Source: an uncultured Planctomycetaceae bacterium
GTDB taxonomy: Bacteria; Planctomycetota; Planctomycetia; Isosphaerales; Isosphaeraceae
DNA: 64,000 nt
Reading direction: 5' to 3'
Assembly (NCBI GenBank): GCA_963833985.1
Contig: CAWIAD010000001.1
Location: 1,312,001 to 1,376,000, forward strand
Below the pieces are notes generated by a model, which saw only the letters and a list, made by a program, of their open reading frames with translations, was not told where the DNA came from and ran no database searches. Made by a program: the position numbers and the translations under genes. Shown here in pieces: positions 16,976 to 28,353 of the stretch; positions within the stretch are counted from its first letter, which is position 1, and each line of letters begins with the position of its first letter.

Positions 16976-19975
16976 CCTCTGGCAAGAGGTCCATGCGCGC
17001 TCGGGCAGGCCTCCGTGCTGGCTTTCGGCATCCGCGGCACGGGCGGTCTTTCGTGAAGCGGTCACCCAGGTGCACGGCGAGGGGCTCATCGAGCCGCTTG
17101 GCCGGGTGATTGACTGGCCCGGGTACCGCAAGCTGCTTCAGGGCCGCATCGCGTCCTGGACGCTTCAAGAGCGGCGCGGGGTGGAGACGCAGGGCGGCGA
17201 CGGTGGCGATGCCGACCTCGTCGAGGCCGCCGAATGGCAGGTCCACTTGCGATACCGGAAGCTGCTCGCCGGGCTCGGGGCGGAGGACGACGCGGGGATG
17301 GCGGTGTGGGCGTCTCGCGAGCTCGCACGCGAAGGCGGTCCGGTCATTCGAGCTGGCGCCGACGCCGCGAAATCGTGGAGCTTTCTGCATTACGAGGAAA
17401 CCTCGATGGCCCGGGCCCGCGTGCTCGACCGCGCCGCAGGCAGTGGGGGACCGGTTTGCGTCGCCCTGGCGTACGAGCCGGACGCGGCGGTCTCCGAGGT
17501 CTATCTCGCGGCGGCGCCGGTGCGGGCTCGCATGCTGGAGCAGGGGTTCGTGGAAACGGTGGTGGAGTGCGCGCCGGATCGTCCCGCCGGCCTGCGGGCC
17601 GTGGAGCGGGTGCTCTTCCGCGCTGCGCCGGGGAGCGAGCCTTCGGTGACGGCGAGCGACGGCCTGAGTGTCCTGGGTGCGCCGCGGGGCGACGCGGTGG
17701 CCCGGCAGGTGGCCCGCCGGGTTCGCGAGTTGCGGCTGGCCGGTGTTCCCGGCGACGACGTGCTTGTGCTCTTCCGGAAGTGGAGCGAGCAGGCAGCCCA
17801 TGTGGTGGATGTGCTGCGGACCTGGGAAGTGAGCCCTCATGCCGACGAGCCGGAGCCCCTCCAGCTCGAGGCGGCCGTCTCGGTCCTGCTCTCCGCGGCG
17901 CGGCTGCCCGGAGAGGATTGGGAGACCGAGCAGATCGTGCGGCTCTTGCGGAACGGCCTGGTGTGCCCTGCCTGGCCGGAGTGCGGCCCGATGGTGCTGG
18001 CGTCCGCCGCGTCGATCCTCAGATCCGTCTCCACGTTTCGCGGCCGCGAGCCCTTGCTGCGCGAGCTGGACCTGGCCATCGAGGAGCCCGACGAGCATGG
18101 GCCGCCGCCCGACCGGCTCAGAGCCACGCGCGCGGTGGTCGGCCGGCTCTTTGGCGTTCTGGACCAGGTGCGGCAGGCACGAACCTGGTCGGGCCAGGCC
18201 GCCGAGCTCCGCCTGCTGGCACGGGCGCTGGGGCTGGATCCCGGGCCAGGGGCAAGGGCAGGGGCAGGAGCAGGGGGGAGGCTGGAGGCGCTCTGGGATT
18301 CGCTCGATGATCATGCTCTGGCGATCGACTCGCTTGGCCGCGGCAGCGATCTGCTGTCCTGGGACGACTTCGTCGAGGAGCTGGGCGCGATCGCGGCCGA
18401 GATCACCATGGCCGCACCCGAACCGGCCGGGGCGCCATCCGGGTGTCAACCATCGATCGCGCGGCGGGTGCGACGGCCCGGCACGTGATCCTCGCCGATC
18501 TGGAGGAGGGCGTCTTCCCCGACCGGGCCTCGGTCGAACCCTTCCTGGCCCTTGCGGCCGGCGCAGAGCCGGATCTTGCCAGCCGCATGGCGTACGGCCG
18601 CGAGATGTGCCGGTTCCTGCACGCCCTGGGCGCGGCCCGGTCAACCTTGACGCTGGTCTACCCGACCACCGACCACAAGGGCCAGGAAGTCCTCCGAGCG
18701 GCGTTTCTGGATCACTTGCTGGGCCGGCTGAAGCCGGAGGCCGCGCTGGCGTGCCACACCTCCGCGGCGCGGTTCCATCCCGCCTACATCGAGGATGCCG
18801 GCCTGGCCGGAGTGCCGGCCGACGCCCGCGTGCGTGCCACCGCGCTGGCGATCGAGCAGTCAGACACCAGCGCACTGCGCCGGCTGGCTGGCACGCCGCG
18901 GCATCGCGAGGCTGTGCAGGGTATTGCGGCGGCGCTGCGGGCTCTCCAGGGGCGGCTGCGCGGCACGCCCTACGGCCCGTTCGAGGGATTGCTCGGCGAT
19001 GCGGCCGCCATCGACTCGGTGCGCGCGGCGTTCGGCCCGGGATGCACCTACAGTGCCAGCCAGCTCGAGACCTACATCGCCTGCCCCTTCCAGTTCTTCG
19101 CCCGGGAGGTGCTCAAGCTGAAGCCTGCCAGCGAGCTGGACGAGCTGGAAGAGGATTTCACCCGGCGCGGTAGCGTGGTCCATGACATCCTGGAACATTT
19201 TGAAAAGTTGATCCGTGATCGGGGGGGCGAACCGGCGGAAGGACTCCCCGCCCTGGCCTCGGCCGCCATCGAGGAGGTTCTGCGCACGCAGGTGGCGCAG
19301 CCATCGGACCTGGACGGCGGCTTGCAGCAGATGGAGCGGCAGCGGCTGGAACGCGTGATGGCCTTCTACCTCGCCCAGCGCGAAGAGTACGCGGAGGCGC
19401 CCGCCGGCCCACCGGTTCCTCACCTCTTCGAGGTGGCCTTCGGTGCCGATTACGCGGCATATCCGAAGCTCACGATTGGAGCAGGCGACCGGTCGATCCA
19501 GTTGCGGGGCCGGATCGACCGGATCGACCTGCTGCCGGCTCCCGGGGGCACGGGCTTTCGCGTCATCGATTACAAGACCGGCAAGGTACCGTCGCTGGCC
19601 GATGTGGGCAGGGGCGTGATGGTGCAGCTTGGCCTGTATGCGATGGCGGTGGAGCAGCTCATCCTGGGCGAAGTCGACGGCGGGCCCGTGCCTGCCGGCT
19701 TTGGCTACTGGGGGCTCAGGAAAGACGGCTACAGGGAGATGGAGTGCGACGACTGGCGGACGTTCAAGGAAGCGCTGGCCGCCCATGTGCTGAACATTGC
19801 CGATCAGATCCGGCGTGGTGAATTTGTCGTCGATTCGCGCAACCCGGGGTGCGAGAGCTACTGCGATTACCGCTCGGTTTGCCGGGTCCGCCAGGTTCGC
19901 ATGGCGGGCAAGTCACGCGATACCGGCGACCCGGAATTCGGTCTCCACTATCCCCGCCGGCCGCGCGGAGGGTGA
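16782..19975 (+). CDS. addB: AddB-like subunit with C-terminal Fe-S PD-(D/E)XK nuclease; one frameshift near 18435
   Basis: Two consecutive ORFs (16782-18488, 18443-19975); YSASQLETYIACPFQFF, LRGRIDRID, VIDYKTG, CESYCDYRSVC; GGAGG RBS before 16782. Confidence 0.8.
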
Positions 19976-20019
19976 ATCATTGTTTATGTCCCATGACCCT
20001 TGCAATAACGTGAACGAGA

Positions 20020-20379
20020 GGGAGAAGAGATATGAGACACACTTGTTCCCACGCTCTGCGTGGGAACAAGGAAACATCTCATAAATTGGGGAAGAGATAT
20101 GCGACACACTTGTTCCCACGCTCTGCGTGGGAACACCGATCAGGACGCTCTGCGTCCCATGGATTTCCCAGCCTCAGCACGGTCCCGATCGACGCGGAGC
20201 GTCGCGGACGGCATTCCCACGCTGAGCGTGGGAACGAGGCGAAAACATATAAACTGTTGAAGAGATCTGCGGCGCACTTGTTCCCACGCTGAGCGTGGGA
20301 ACGATGAACGAACATATAAAGTAAAATATAGAATGTAAGAGATATGCGAACCAGTTGTTCCCATGCTCCGCGTGGGAAC
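20020..20379. repeat. Tandem array of REP-like palindromes, family A, between addB and addA
   Basis: Palindrome copies start at 20045, 20112, 20213, 20280 and 20357; four are preceded by AAGAGATNTGNGNNNCANTT; accessory hairpins at 20143-20157 and 20191-20203. Confidence 0.9.
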
Positions 20380-20487
20380 GAAGGAGCACCATATGCATCA
20401 ACTGAATAGATCACTGTTTCAACGATATTGGCTCGTTCTCGGATTCGTCCTCCGAGCAGCGCGAGTCACTTGCACGCGGATTGCGCC

Positions 20488-23400
20488 ATGAACAGCAGCG
20501 AGGCGCCTGGCCGTTTCTCTCCCACGGGTGAACAGCAAGCAGTGCTGCTGGTGCGCGCCGCGAGCGTGGCGCTGCGGGCGGGCGCGGGATGCGGCAAGAC
20601 GTTCGTCCTCACCGAGCGCTACCGGCAGGAGCTCGATCTCCCGTCCGGCCGGCCGCTCGGTTCCGTGGTGGCACTCACGTTCACGGAGAAGGCGGCGCGC
20701 GAGCTGCGGCAGCGGATCGGCGCGGTCTGCCGCGCCCAGCTTGCCAGCGGCGCGGACGTGCCGCGCTGGGGCCTGTTGCTGCGCGCCTGGAAGCGGCGCC
20801 GATCGGCACGTTTCACAGCTTCTGCTCGGGGCTCTTGCGTACCTGTGCCGTGGCGATCGGCATCGATCCGCAGTTCAGCGTGCTGGATGACGCGGTGGCC
20901 GCCACGCTCCGCGACCAGGCCGTGCGTGTGGCCCTGCGCCAGCTTCTGGCCCGGCGCGACGACGATCTCATCGCCCTGGGCAGCGATCACGGCCTGGCAC
21001 AGGTGCGCGAGGCCCTGGGGTTTCTGCTCACCGGGCGTGCCGGCGGCGATCTCGACCTGTGGGCCGAACGCTCCGCCGAGGAGGTCGTGCAGCAGTGGCT
21101 GCGGGTCTGGAACGAGCGCGGCCGGGCCGCGGTGCTGCGTACGCTGGCTCCCAGGGCCAGGCGCACGCGACGCCTCCTGGAAGGCATCGACGCGTCCCAT
21201 CCTCAACTGGTCCAGCGCATCGCCGCGCTGTTGCCCTTGCTTCCGGGCCTGGAAGCGGGCGAGTGCACCGAGGCGCTGCTCGACGAGGTGGTCGAGCTGG
21301 CCCGGGTGAGCAACCTGAGGGCTGCCGCGGTCTGGCCGTCGGCAGAGATCAAGGACCGGGTGAAGGACGACTTTCAGGAGCTGAGAGACCGGATCGGCCG
21401 GGTCCGGAAGAAGCTGGACTACAGCCTGGAGGCGAGCCTTGCGGCCGCGCAGACGGGTCTCCACCTGGTGCGGTTGGCGGCCGAGGTGCGTGGCGTCTAC
21501 GCGCAACTCAAGGCCGCGCAGGCGCGCTCGATTTCGACGACCTGCTGGTGCAAACGCTGGATCTGCTGCGGAACCACCCGGACGTCATCACCGCGCCGAG
21601 CCTGGCAGGCCGCGTCGGCGCGATCGCGCTGCTGCTGGTCGATGAGTTCCAGGATACCGACCGGACCCAGACCGAGATCGTCGAGCGGCTCGCGGGCGAC
21701 GATTTCCAGGGCGGAGGGATGTTCGTGGTGGGCGACGTGCGGCAGTCGATCTACCGGTTCCGGGGCGCGGAGCCGGACATCTTTGACGGCTGGCGCCAGC
21801 GGTTGCCGGTCGCGGGGCGCAAGGACCTGAAGGAGAACTTCCGCAGCGTCCCCGGGGTGATCGACTTCGTCAACGCCCTCTTTGCCGAGTACTTCGCCGC
21901 GTGCGGGACCGGCTCGGGACCGGACGCCGAGCATCCGGAAGAGCACCGGCTCGTGGCCGTGAGGCCAGACCCGAACGACGGCCGCGCCGGGCCTGCCGTC
22001 CATTTCCTCTGGGCGCTGCCGGGGGATGAGGGCCAGGGCGGAAGCGAAGGCGCAGGCGACGGCGACGGCGACGGCCCGCGGAAGCCGGTGGCGCGTGATC
22101 GCCGCGAAAACGAGGCCCGGCTGCTGGCCCACTGGCTGAAGACCCGGCTGGAGGCCGGCTGGACGATCACCGACCGCCAGACCAACCAGCCCCGGCGCCG
22201 CATGGCGGCGACATCGCACTCCTGTTCCGGGCGATGACCGAGGTCGGCATCTACGAACGCGCCCTGGCCGACGCCGGGTTCGAGTACCACACTCAGGGCG
22301 GCTCGGCCTTTTACGCGCAGCAGGAGATCCACGACATCGTCAGCGTGCTCTCGGTCGTGGAGGATCCGTTCGACGAGGTGGCGCTGGCGGGCGCCCTGAG
22401 AAGCCCTTTTTTCTCGGTCTCCGACGATGGACTGTTCTGGCTGGCGCGGGGTCGAGGGGGGCCTGATCGCCGGCCTCCAGCGGTGCGATCAGATCGGCCA
22501 GCTCACCCCGGAGGATCGTGCCCTTGCCGAGCGGGCCAGAGAGCTGCTTGCTCGCTGGCGGCAGGTCAAGGACCACATCGGCCTGGCCGCGACGGTGCGC
22601 CGCATCCTGGACGACTCAGGGTTCGAAGCCGCGCTCGTGTGCGAGTTCCTGGGAGCGCGCAAGCTGGCCAACTGCCGCAAGCTGGTTCTGCTCGCCCGCG
22701 AGTTTGATCGCCAGGGCGGGTTCACGCTCACGGACCTGGTGGTCCGGCTCCGCGGCTATCTGGATGAGCCGCCCCGCGAGGAGCTCGCGGCCGCCACCGA
22801 CGAGCAGAGCACGAACGTCCGGCTGATGTCGATCCACCAGGCGAAGGGGCTGGAATTCCCGATCGTGGTGGTTCCCGACCTCAATCGCCAGGGCGATCCG
22901 CGGACTCCGTGGCTCGCCCATCACCCGGAGCTCGGCCTGGTCGTCCGTCCGGCGGCCACGCCCGCGGCGCCGCAGTCCGCGGGCATCGAGACGGGCTCCG
23001 AGCAGAGCGTGGGCTACCTGGCCTACACCGCCATCGAGCACGAGGAGGACAGGAAAGAGGCGATCCGCCTCTTCTACGTGGCAGCCACCCGGGCTCGCGA
23101 TGCGCTGATCCTCTCCGCCGGCTTGCCCGCGGACCCGGACCCGAAGCCGCAAGCCCCCGCGCTCGAGCTCCTCTGGGAGCGGTTCGCGTGGGAGAGCGGC
23201 GAATGCCTGGCGGCGTTGCCGGCGGGCTGGCCGGCCCCTCGGGTCGAGGTTGTCATGGAGACCCCACCGCCACCGCCGGCCCACACCGCCGGGCCCGGGC
23301 TCGCTGGCAAGCTGGCCGCCATCGAACGCGTCCTCGTCGAGGCCGAGCCTGTGTCCGAACCGCCGCCCGCGCGCCGGCTCTCACCCGGGCCGCGGCTCAT

Positions 23401-23992
23401 CGTTCTGGAACCGGAGCGCGTGCTGACCACGCACTCCGCGCGGCTGAACCGGCTGATCCGGTCCGTGTTCGCGGACAAGGGCCTGCTGCGCGGCGAGGCC
23501 CTGGCCGCGGTCTGTGCCCGCCTCGCCGTGCGGCAGGTGCCGGCCGCCGGCTCCTCGCTCATCACCGAGGCCCTGCAATGGCTTGAAGGCTGGACGTCGA
23601 GCCCCCTTTTCCACGAGCTCTGCCGGGTGTCCGAGTCAGCGTCCGATTCCAGGAAGCGCGGCGCGATCCAGCGGGATTGCCGCTGGACCCTGGAGTGGTC
23701 CGATCGCGGCGCCGGGCCCATCGTGATTCACGGCCAGCTCGATGTCGTCTATCGTGACTCCTCGGGTGCCTGGCGGCCCGTGCTGCTGGGCACGGCGGCC
23801 GCCGCCGACCCGGTGGACCGGCTGCGTCTCTTGCTTTCCGCCCGGGCCGCGCGGCAGCTCGGTTTCGACCCCGTCGGCCCCGCCTGGCGGCTGACCAGGT
23901 GCGATGACGGCAAGCTGACTCTGGAACAGCACACGGAACAGACCGGCGCCGGGCTCGACGAGGCCGTGGCTGCCTGGCACGGAACATTGTGA
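20488..23992 (+). CDS. addA: AddA-like UvrD/REP helicase, split by about four frameshifts (near 20788, 21525, 22200, 22452)
   Basis: Motifs in order across consecutive ORFs: AGAGCGKT, TFTEKAAREL, IGTFHSF, LDFDDL, VDEFQDT, VGDVRQSIYRFRGA, ENFRS, MSIHQAKGLEFP, FYVAATRARD. Confidence 0.85.
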
Positions 23993-24070
23993 GCCCTCGC
24001 GCGTTCGAGGCCCGCACCCGCACGCAGGTCTGCCGCCCTCACCGCCGTGGTATGAATGCATGTTCCAGTG

Positions 24071-24393
24071 GTAGGTGCGTCCAGCGGAGCGACAACGCAC
24101 CGGTGGTCCGCCGTAGTGGCGAACGCCGTTTTTCGTGGAGTGGTCGGGTGGGTCAAGCGGAGCGACGACGCACCGGGTTGCTGATTCAGCGGATCGGATC
24201 ACTTGGTGCGACCGTTGTGAGAGGGGAGACGTGATGGGACTGATAGACCAACGAATCGAGGCTGGCGTGGTGCGTCGTCGCTGCGCTGGACGCACCCGAC
24301 GACGGCAACATCCATGCGTGGCAACTCTGTCACGGCTGCCAGCATGACCAACGCCGCAAAGCGGTGCGTCGTTGTTGCGCTGGACGCACCCAC
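24071..24393. repeat. REP-like palindrome cluster, family B (GGTGCGTCCAGCGNAGCGACGACGCACC)
   Basis: Four copies: 24071-24101 and 24143-24174 forward, 24269-24300 and 24363-24393 reverse; GTAG/GTCG/GTGG 5' tetranucleotides. Confidence 0.8.
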
Positions 24394-24532
24394 GACGGAC
24401 ATGCATGCGTGCCATTGTATCCTTGCCTTCTGCTTGCTTTGGCCCGCTCCCCGGGTCCGCTCAAGGATGTCACAGTTTGCGGGGTCGGCGACAATGCTTG
24501 ACAGGTTCGGGTGCACGAGGGCTCCGCAATCC

Positions 24533-25084
24533 ATGGACCGTGTCGACGACCGCAGGCGAGCCGAATTCGAGCTGATCGTGGTGGAGCACCACGTCCAGTT
24601 GAGGGCGTTCGTGCGCTCTCTGGGTGTGAGCCCGGACTGGGTGGACGATGTGGCGCAGGAGGCGTTTCTCACGGCTTATCGCAAGTGGGACGAGTTCGAC
24701 CGGTCCGAGGACTTTGGCCGCTGGATTCGCGGGATTGCCGCGAACATCGTGCGGAACGAGATCCGCAAGGCCGCGCGGCATCATCGGCTGCTGCATACGG
24801 AATTGGCGGCCATCCTCCTGAGCCAGCAGTCCTCCCTGCGGCCGGCGCTCGAACCCCTGGGCGTCGACGCCGTACGGGAATGTCTCGGTAAGCTCACACC
24901 CCGGAACCGGGAGGTCATCCAGGCCCGGTACCGCGACGGCGAAACGGCGCCGGAGCTGGCGAGCCGGTTCCACCTCTCGGCGGCCAACGTCCGGCAGATC
25001 CTGGTGCGGACCCGTCAGCAAGTCAGGCAGTGTGTCGAGCTTCGGCTCCTCAAGGAGGCCGCGCGTGAAGCAAGCCCGCTCTGA
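24533..25084 (+). CDS. ECF-type sigma-70 factor
   Basis: VDDVAQEAFL, FGRWIRGIAAN, CLGKLTPRNREVI region 4; followed by a FecR-domain gene. Confidence 0.9.
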   Translation: MDRVDDRRRAEFELIVVEHHVQLRAFVRSLGVSPDWVDDVAQEAFLTAYRKWDEFDRSEDFGRWIRGIAANIVRNEIRKAARHHRLLHTELAAILLSQQSSLRPALEPLGVDAVRECLGKLTPRNREVIQARYRDGETAPELASRFHLSAANVRQILVRTRQQVRQCVELRLLKEAAREASPL

Positions 25085-26402
25085 AGAGCTGCTCGGGAAG
25101 CTCCTGGATGACCACCTCGCGGACGACGAGCTGGCCAAGCTGTGCCGGCTCAGCCGCGATGATCCGGCGCTGCTCGAAGAGGTGCGCTCCCAGCTGCACA
25201 CCGCCGAGCTGATCGCGCAGGCGGAGGACGAGCTGCGCGGCAGTCCCCGGTTCGTGGCGGCCACACTGGATCGGATCGAGGGAGATCGATTCGTGGCGGG
25301 TGTGAGTGCGGCGCTCGCCGCGGGGGACCGCCGCGGGCGCAGGCTACCGCTGATGGGACGCTGGAAGTATGCGGCCGCGATGATCCTGCTGGTGGTGACG
25401 GCCGGCGTGGCTCTGCGGTTCCGGTCCGAGCCGCGGATCGCGCGGATCTCGGACCTGAACGGGACGATCCTCTGGATTGGCGACGGCGGCGTGGTGCGCG
25501 AGCTGGAGGTCGGGATGCCCCTGACCGGCGGCACGCTGGACGCGCGGACGTCGGATGCGTGGGTTGCCCTGGAGTTCCCCGACGGTTCGCTGGCCACGGT
25601 TTCCGGACCGGCCATGGTGACCATCTCGGACCACGGTCAGAAAGAGCTGTACCTGCGGGACGGCGAGCTGTTCGCACGCGTGGCGCGGCAGGCCCGGCAC
25701 AGGCCCATGCTGATTCACACCCGGACCGCCGAGCTGGAGGTGCTGGGAACCCAGTTGAACGTCGAGGCCGGGTCCGCGGAGACGCGTCTGAGTGTCAACG
25801 AGGGTCGGGTCCGCCTCACGAGGCTGGTCGACGGCAGCGTTGCGGAGGTGCCCGCCGATCATCAAATCGTCGCACGCGCCGACCGGACGGAGGCTTTTGA
25901 ACCGACGCCGCGCCCGGCACCCGTCGATCGCTGGCAGAGCAACTTGCAGGTCAGCGTGGGCAAGTTTCTGCCGCCGGCGGGGACGCTACCGGCCCGGCTG
26001 CGCGCCTTGCCCATTGTTTTCAACCGGCCCAGGGAGCGCCCGCTGGCCATCTACGTGGCCGGGTTCGGCGTCTCTCAGTTCGGGTCGCCACCGGTGCGGC
26101 TGAAGCCGCATTCCCGGTTCCAGCTCCGGGGGCGCCTGGCGTCCGCCCAGGAGCTCCATTTCGGGATCACCACGAAGAAGCCGGAAGGGACTTTCGGCGG
26201 CAAGTTCGAGGTCGTGATTCCCGCTCCGAAGCTGGAGGATCCCAGCGGAGGTTTCGACATCGAGGTGCGGCTTGGGGACCTGCGGCCGCAGAAACCCTGG
26301 CATCCCAGCTCGCCCGTGAACTTCGAGCTCGAGGACTGCTACCTTTGCACCGTCGATGTGGAGGCTGGCCTCGAGGTCTTCCAGGTCGAGCTGCTGCCGT
26401 AA
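25065..26402 (+). CDS. FecR-domain anti-sigma factor
   Basis: N-terminal anti-sigma helices, one TM (YAAAMILLVVTAGVAL), FecR motif LEVLGTQLNV...VNEGRV; overlaps the sigma gene. Confidence 0.85.
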   Translation: MKQARSEELLGKLLDDHLADDELAKLCRLSRDDPALLEEVRSQLHTAELIAQAEDELRGSPRFVAATLDRIEGDRFVAGVSAALAAGDRRGRRLPLMGRWKYAAAMILLVVTAGVALRFRSEPRIARISDLNGTILWIGDGGVVRELEVGMPLTGGTLDARTSDAWVALEFPDGSLATVSGPAMVTISDHGQKELYLRDGELFARVARQARHRPMLIHTRTAELEVLGTQLNVEAGSAETRLSVNEGRVRLTRLVDGSVAEVPADHQIVARADRTEAFEPTPRPAPVDRWQSNLQVSVGKFLPPAGTLPARLRALPIVFNRPRERPLAIYVAGFGVSQFGSPPVRLKPHSRFQLRGRLASAQELHFGITTKKPEGTFGGKFEVVIPAPKLEDPSGGFDIEVRLGDLRPQKPWHPSSPVNFELEDCYLCTVDVEAGLEVFQVELLP

Positions 26403-26462
26403 TCGAGGTAGTCGCCAGGTTCCCCGCATTCCTCATGTGGGCCAGATGTCAGACCGGCGCGG

Positions 26463-28196
26463 CTACGCGGCCATCTCGTGCTTCGGACTGGCCCTGCGCC
26501 GTGTGCGCGGACCATTCAGCAGCCGGCCCAGCCAGGTGTAGCGCACCATCGTCTCGTATGTGAAGAGCAGGAACACCGTGACCGCGGTGAGAACGAAGAG
26601 GAACTTCACGGACGGTGGCAGGGGCCACTCGCGTACCCAGACCTGAAGGACCACGACCAGGGGCACGTGAGCGACGTAGAGCCAGTAGGATGAGTCCGAG
26701 AGGTAGCGAATGCGCGGACTCTCGTGGGTCAGGTAACGCCGGAACAGTCCGATCATTCCCAGCGAGGCGGCCCAGGCGAAGAGAACCTGAGCGAGCCCGC
26801 TGAGCACGGTTTTGCCGATGGTGAAGAGCCCGATGGGCCAGGCCAGAAGCGCGATCAGGAAGGCGAGCCGCCAGTGACGGCCGAGCCGGCCCTCGCGGTC
26901 ATCACAGCCAAAGTAGAGCGCTCCGAAAGCGAAGAAGATGCCGTAATAGAGCAGCAAGTGCGGCTGGAGCAGAAGGCCGGTGGAGGTGTCGGGGCCGAAG
27001 CCGGCTCCCTGCACGCCCATGAAAAGCTGCGGCAGCATGGTCAGGGGGATCAGCCAGCAAAATCGCGCGGGGGACATCACCAGCCAGTGCGGAACTCCTG
27101 GAAGCACCAGGCGCTTCGCCACCGTCGCCAGCACAGCGAAGAGCACGAAGTACCAGCAAAGAAACCAGAGGAACCAGAGGTGATGGAAGACCGACGTCTG
27201 GATGAGATGGAATGACCCCTGGTCCCAGCTCCAGCGGAACAGGACGCGATCCGGGACAGTGAGACGTTCGGATGTCAAGAAGGCTTCATAGCTCCTGCGC
27301 ATCTCGTCGAGACGATGCACGGAGCCTGTCGCGGCGACCTCCGGTACGTCCTCGATGCCGGACGACCGTGCCAGGAGCCTGCGGCATTCATCCCGGCCGG
27401 CCTGCAAGTCGGCTTCGGGCTTCAGAAGGATGCCCAGGAAGCTGGTGATGGCGCGGGTTGTGCCCAGGCTCGCCCGTGCGGACTCGCGCGGAGTGTCATG
27501 GCTGCTGCCGCGAGCCAGCGGGTCTGCCCCGTGCTCCAGCAGCAATTCCAGGATCCGGGGCTCGCCCAGGAACGCGGCACCGTGCAGCGGGCGATACCCT
27601 GACCGGTCCGCCGCGTTCACGTCCGCGCCATGCTCGATGAGCAATCGAGCGGCCGGCAAGTCACCGCACAGGGCTGCCCACGAAAGTACGGGGTTGCCAA
27701 CTTCCGGATCGACCTGGTCTGGATCGGCTCCGCGGTCCAGCAGACGGCGGAGACCCGTCAGATCATGGTTCTTCACCAGCTCGGCCAGCTCGGATGGTGC
27801 ACCCGACTCGTGACGCCGCGCCGCATCCTGCCTGGCCGTGGTTTTGACGGCCCAGGTCACCACCGCGCTGAACGCGGGGACGATGGTGACGAGCCCCAGC
27901 ATGCATGGAATGAAAACGCGCTGAAACCTCTGTTTCAGAAGTGCCTTCAGCCCCCGGCTGCGCCAGAGCATCATCGTGAAGAAGCCGGAAAGCAGCATGA
28001 ACAGCGGCATCCGGAAGCCGTGGATCGCGGCGTTGAGGTAGCCCAGCCAGGGCTGGCTGCGAAGGTCTCTCACGACCCATGGGCCGCCGGTGAACGACAG
28101 CAGCGAATGGTGCACAATGCCCAGGAACATGGCGAAGGTGCGCAGCGCGTCAAGCTCGTGGAGTCGCTGCGTGCTCGAGGAACGATCCTGGCTCAT
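26463..28196 (-). CDS. Acyltransferase-3 (OpgC-like) membrane protein with inserted ankyrin repeats
   Basis: RLHELDALR, IHGFRMPLFMLLSGFF, HHLWFLWFL, YLSDSSYWLY; ankyrin motifs LLDRGADPD, LIEHGADVNA, LLEHGADP. Confidence 0.88.
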   Translation of the reverse strand: MSQDRSSSTQRLHELDALRTFAMFLGIVHHSLLSFTGGPWVVRDLRSQPWLGYLNAAIHGFRMPLFMLLSGFFTMMLWRSRGLKALLKQRFQRVFIPCMLGLVTIVPAFSAVVTWAVKTTARQDAARRHESGAPSELAELVKNHDLTGLRRLLDRGADPDQVDPEVGNPVLSWAALCGDLPAARLLIEHGADVNAADRSGYRPLHGAAFLGEPRILELLLEHGADPLARGSSHDTPRESARASLGTTRAITSFLGILLKPEADLQAGRDECRRLLARSSGIEDVPEVAATGSVHRLDEMRRSYEAFLTSERLTVPDRVLFRWSWDQGSFHLIQTSVFHHLWFLWFLCWYFVLFAVLATVAKRLVLPGVPHWLVMSPARFCWLIPLTMLPQLFMGVQGAGFGPDTSTGLLLQPHLLLYYGIFFAFGALYFGCDDREGRLGRHWRLAFLIALLAWPIGLFTIGKTVLSGLAQVLFAWAASLGMIGLFRRYLTHESPRIRYLSDSSYWLYVAHVPLVVVLQVWVREWPLPPSVKFLFVLTAVTVFLLFTYETMVRYTWLGRLLNGPRTRRRASPKHEMAA

Positions 28197-28353
28197 GTCA
28201 GTTCCGGAACGTGGTGCAAGCGGAAGGTGGAAAGCCCACACGGATTGTCCGGAGATCCGCCAGGTGTGACGAGAAACCGAGTCCGATTTGTTCAGGCGGC
28301 CTCGACCGCTGTCTCAGGCCATCGCCAGCTCACGGTTTGCAACGATGGGTATG

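Noticed and set aside
20020..20400. CRISPR array
   Set aside because: Linkers are mutually similar and uneven in length, the repeat is a near-perfect palindrome that recurs elsewhere, and no cas genes are present; the nearby Cas4-like domain belongs to AddB.
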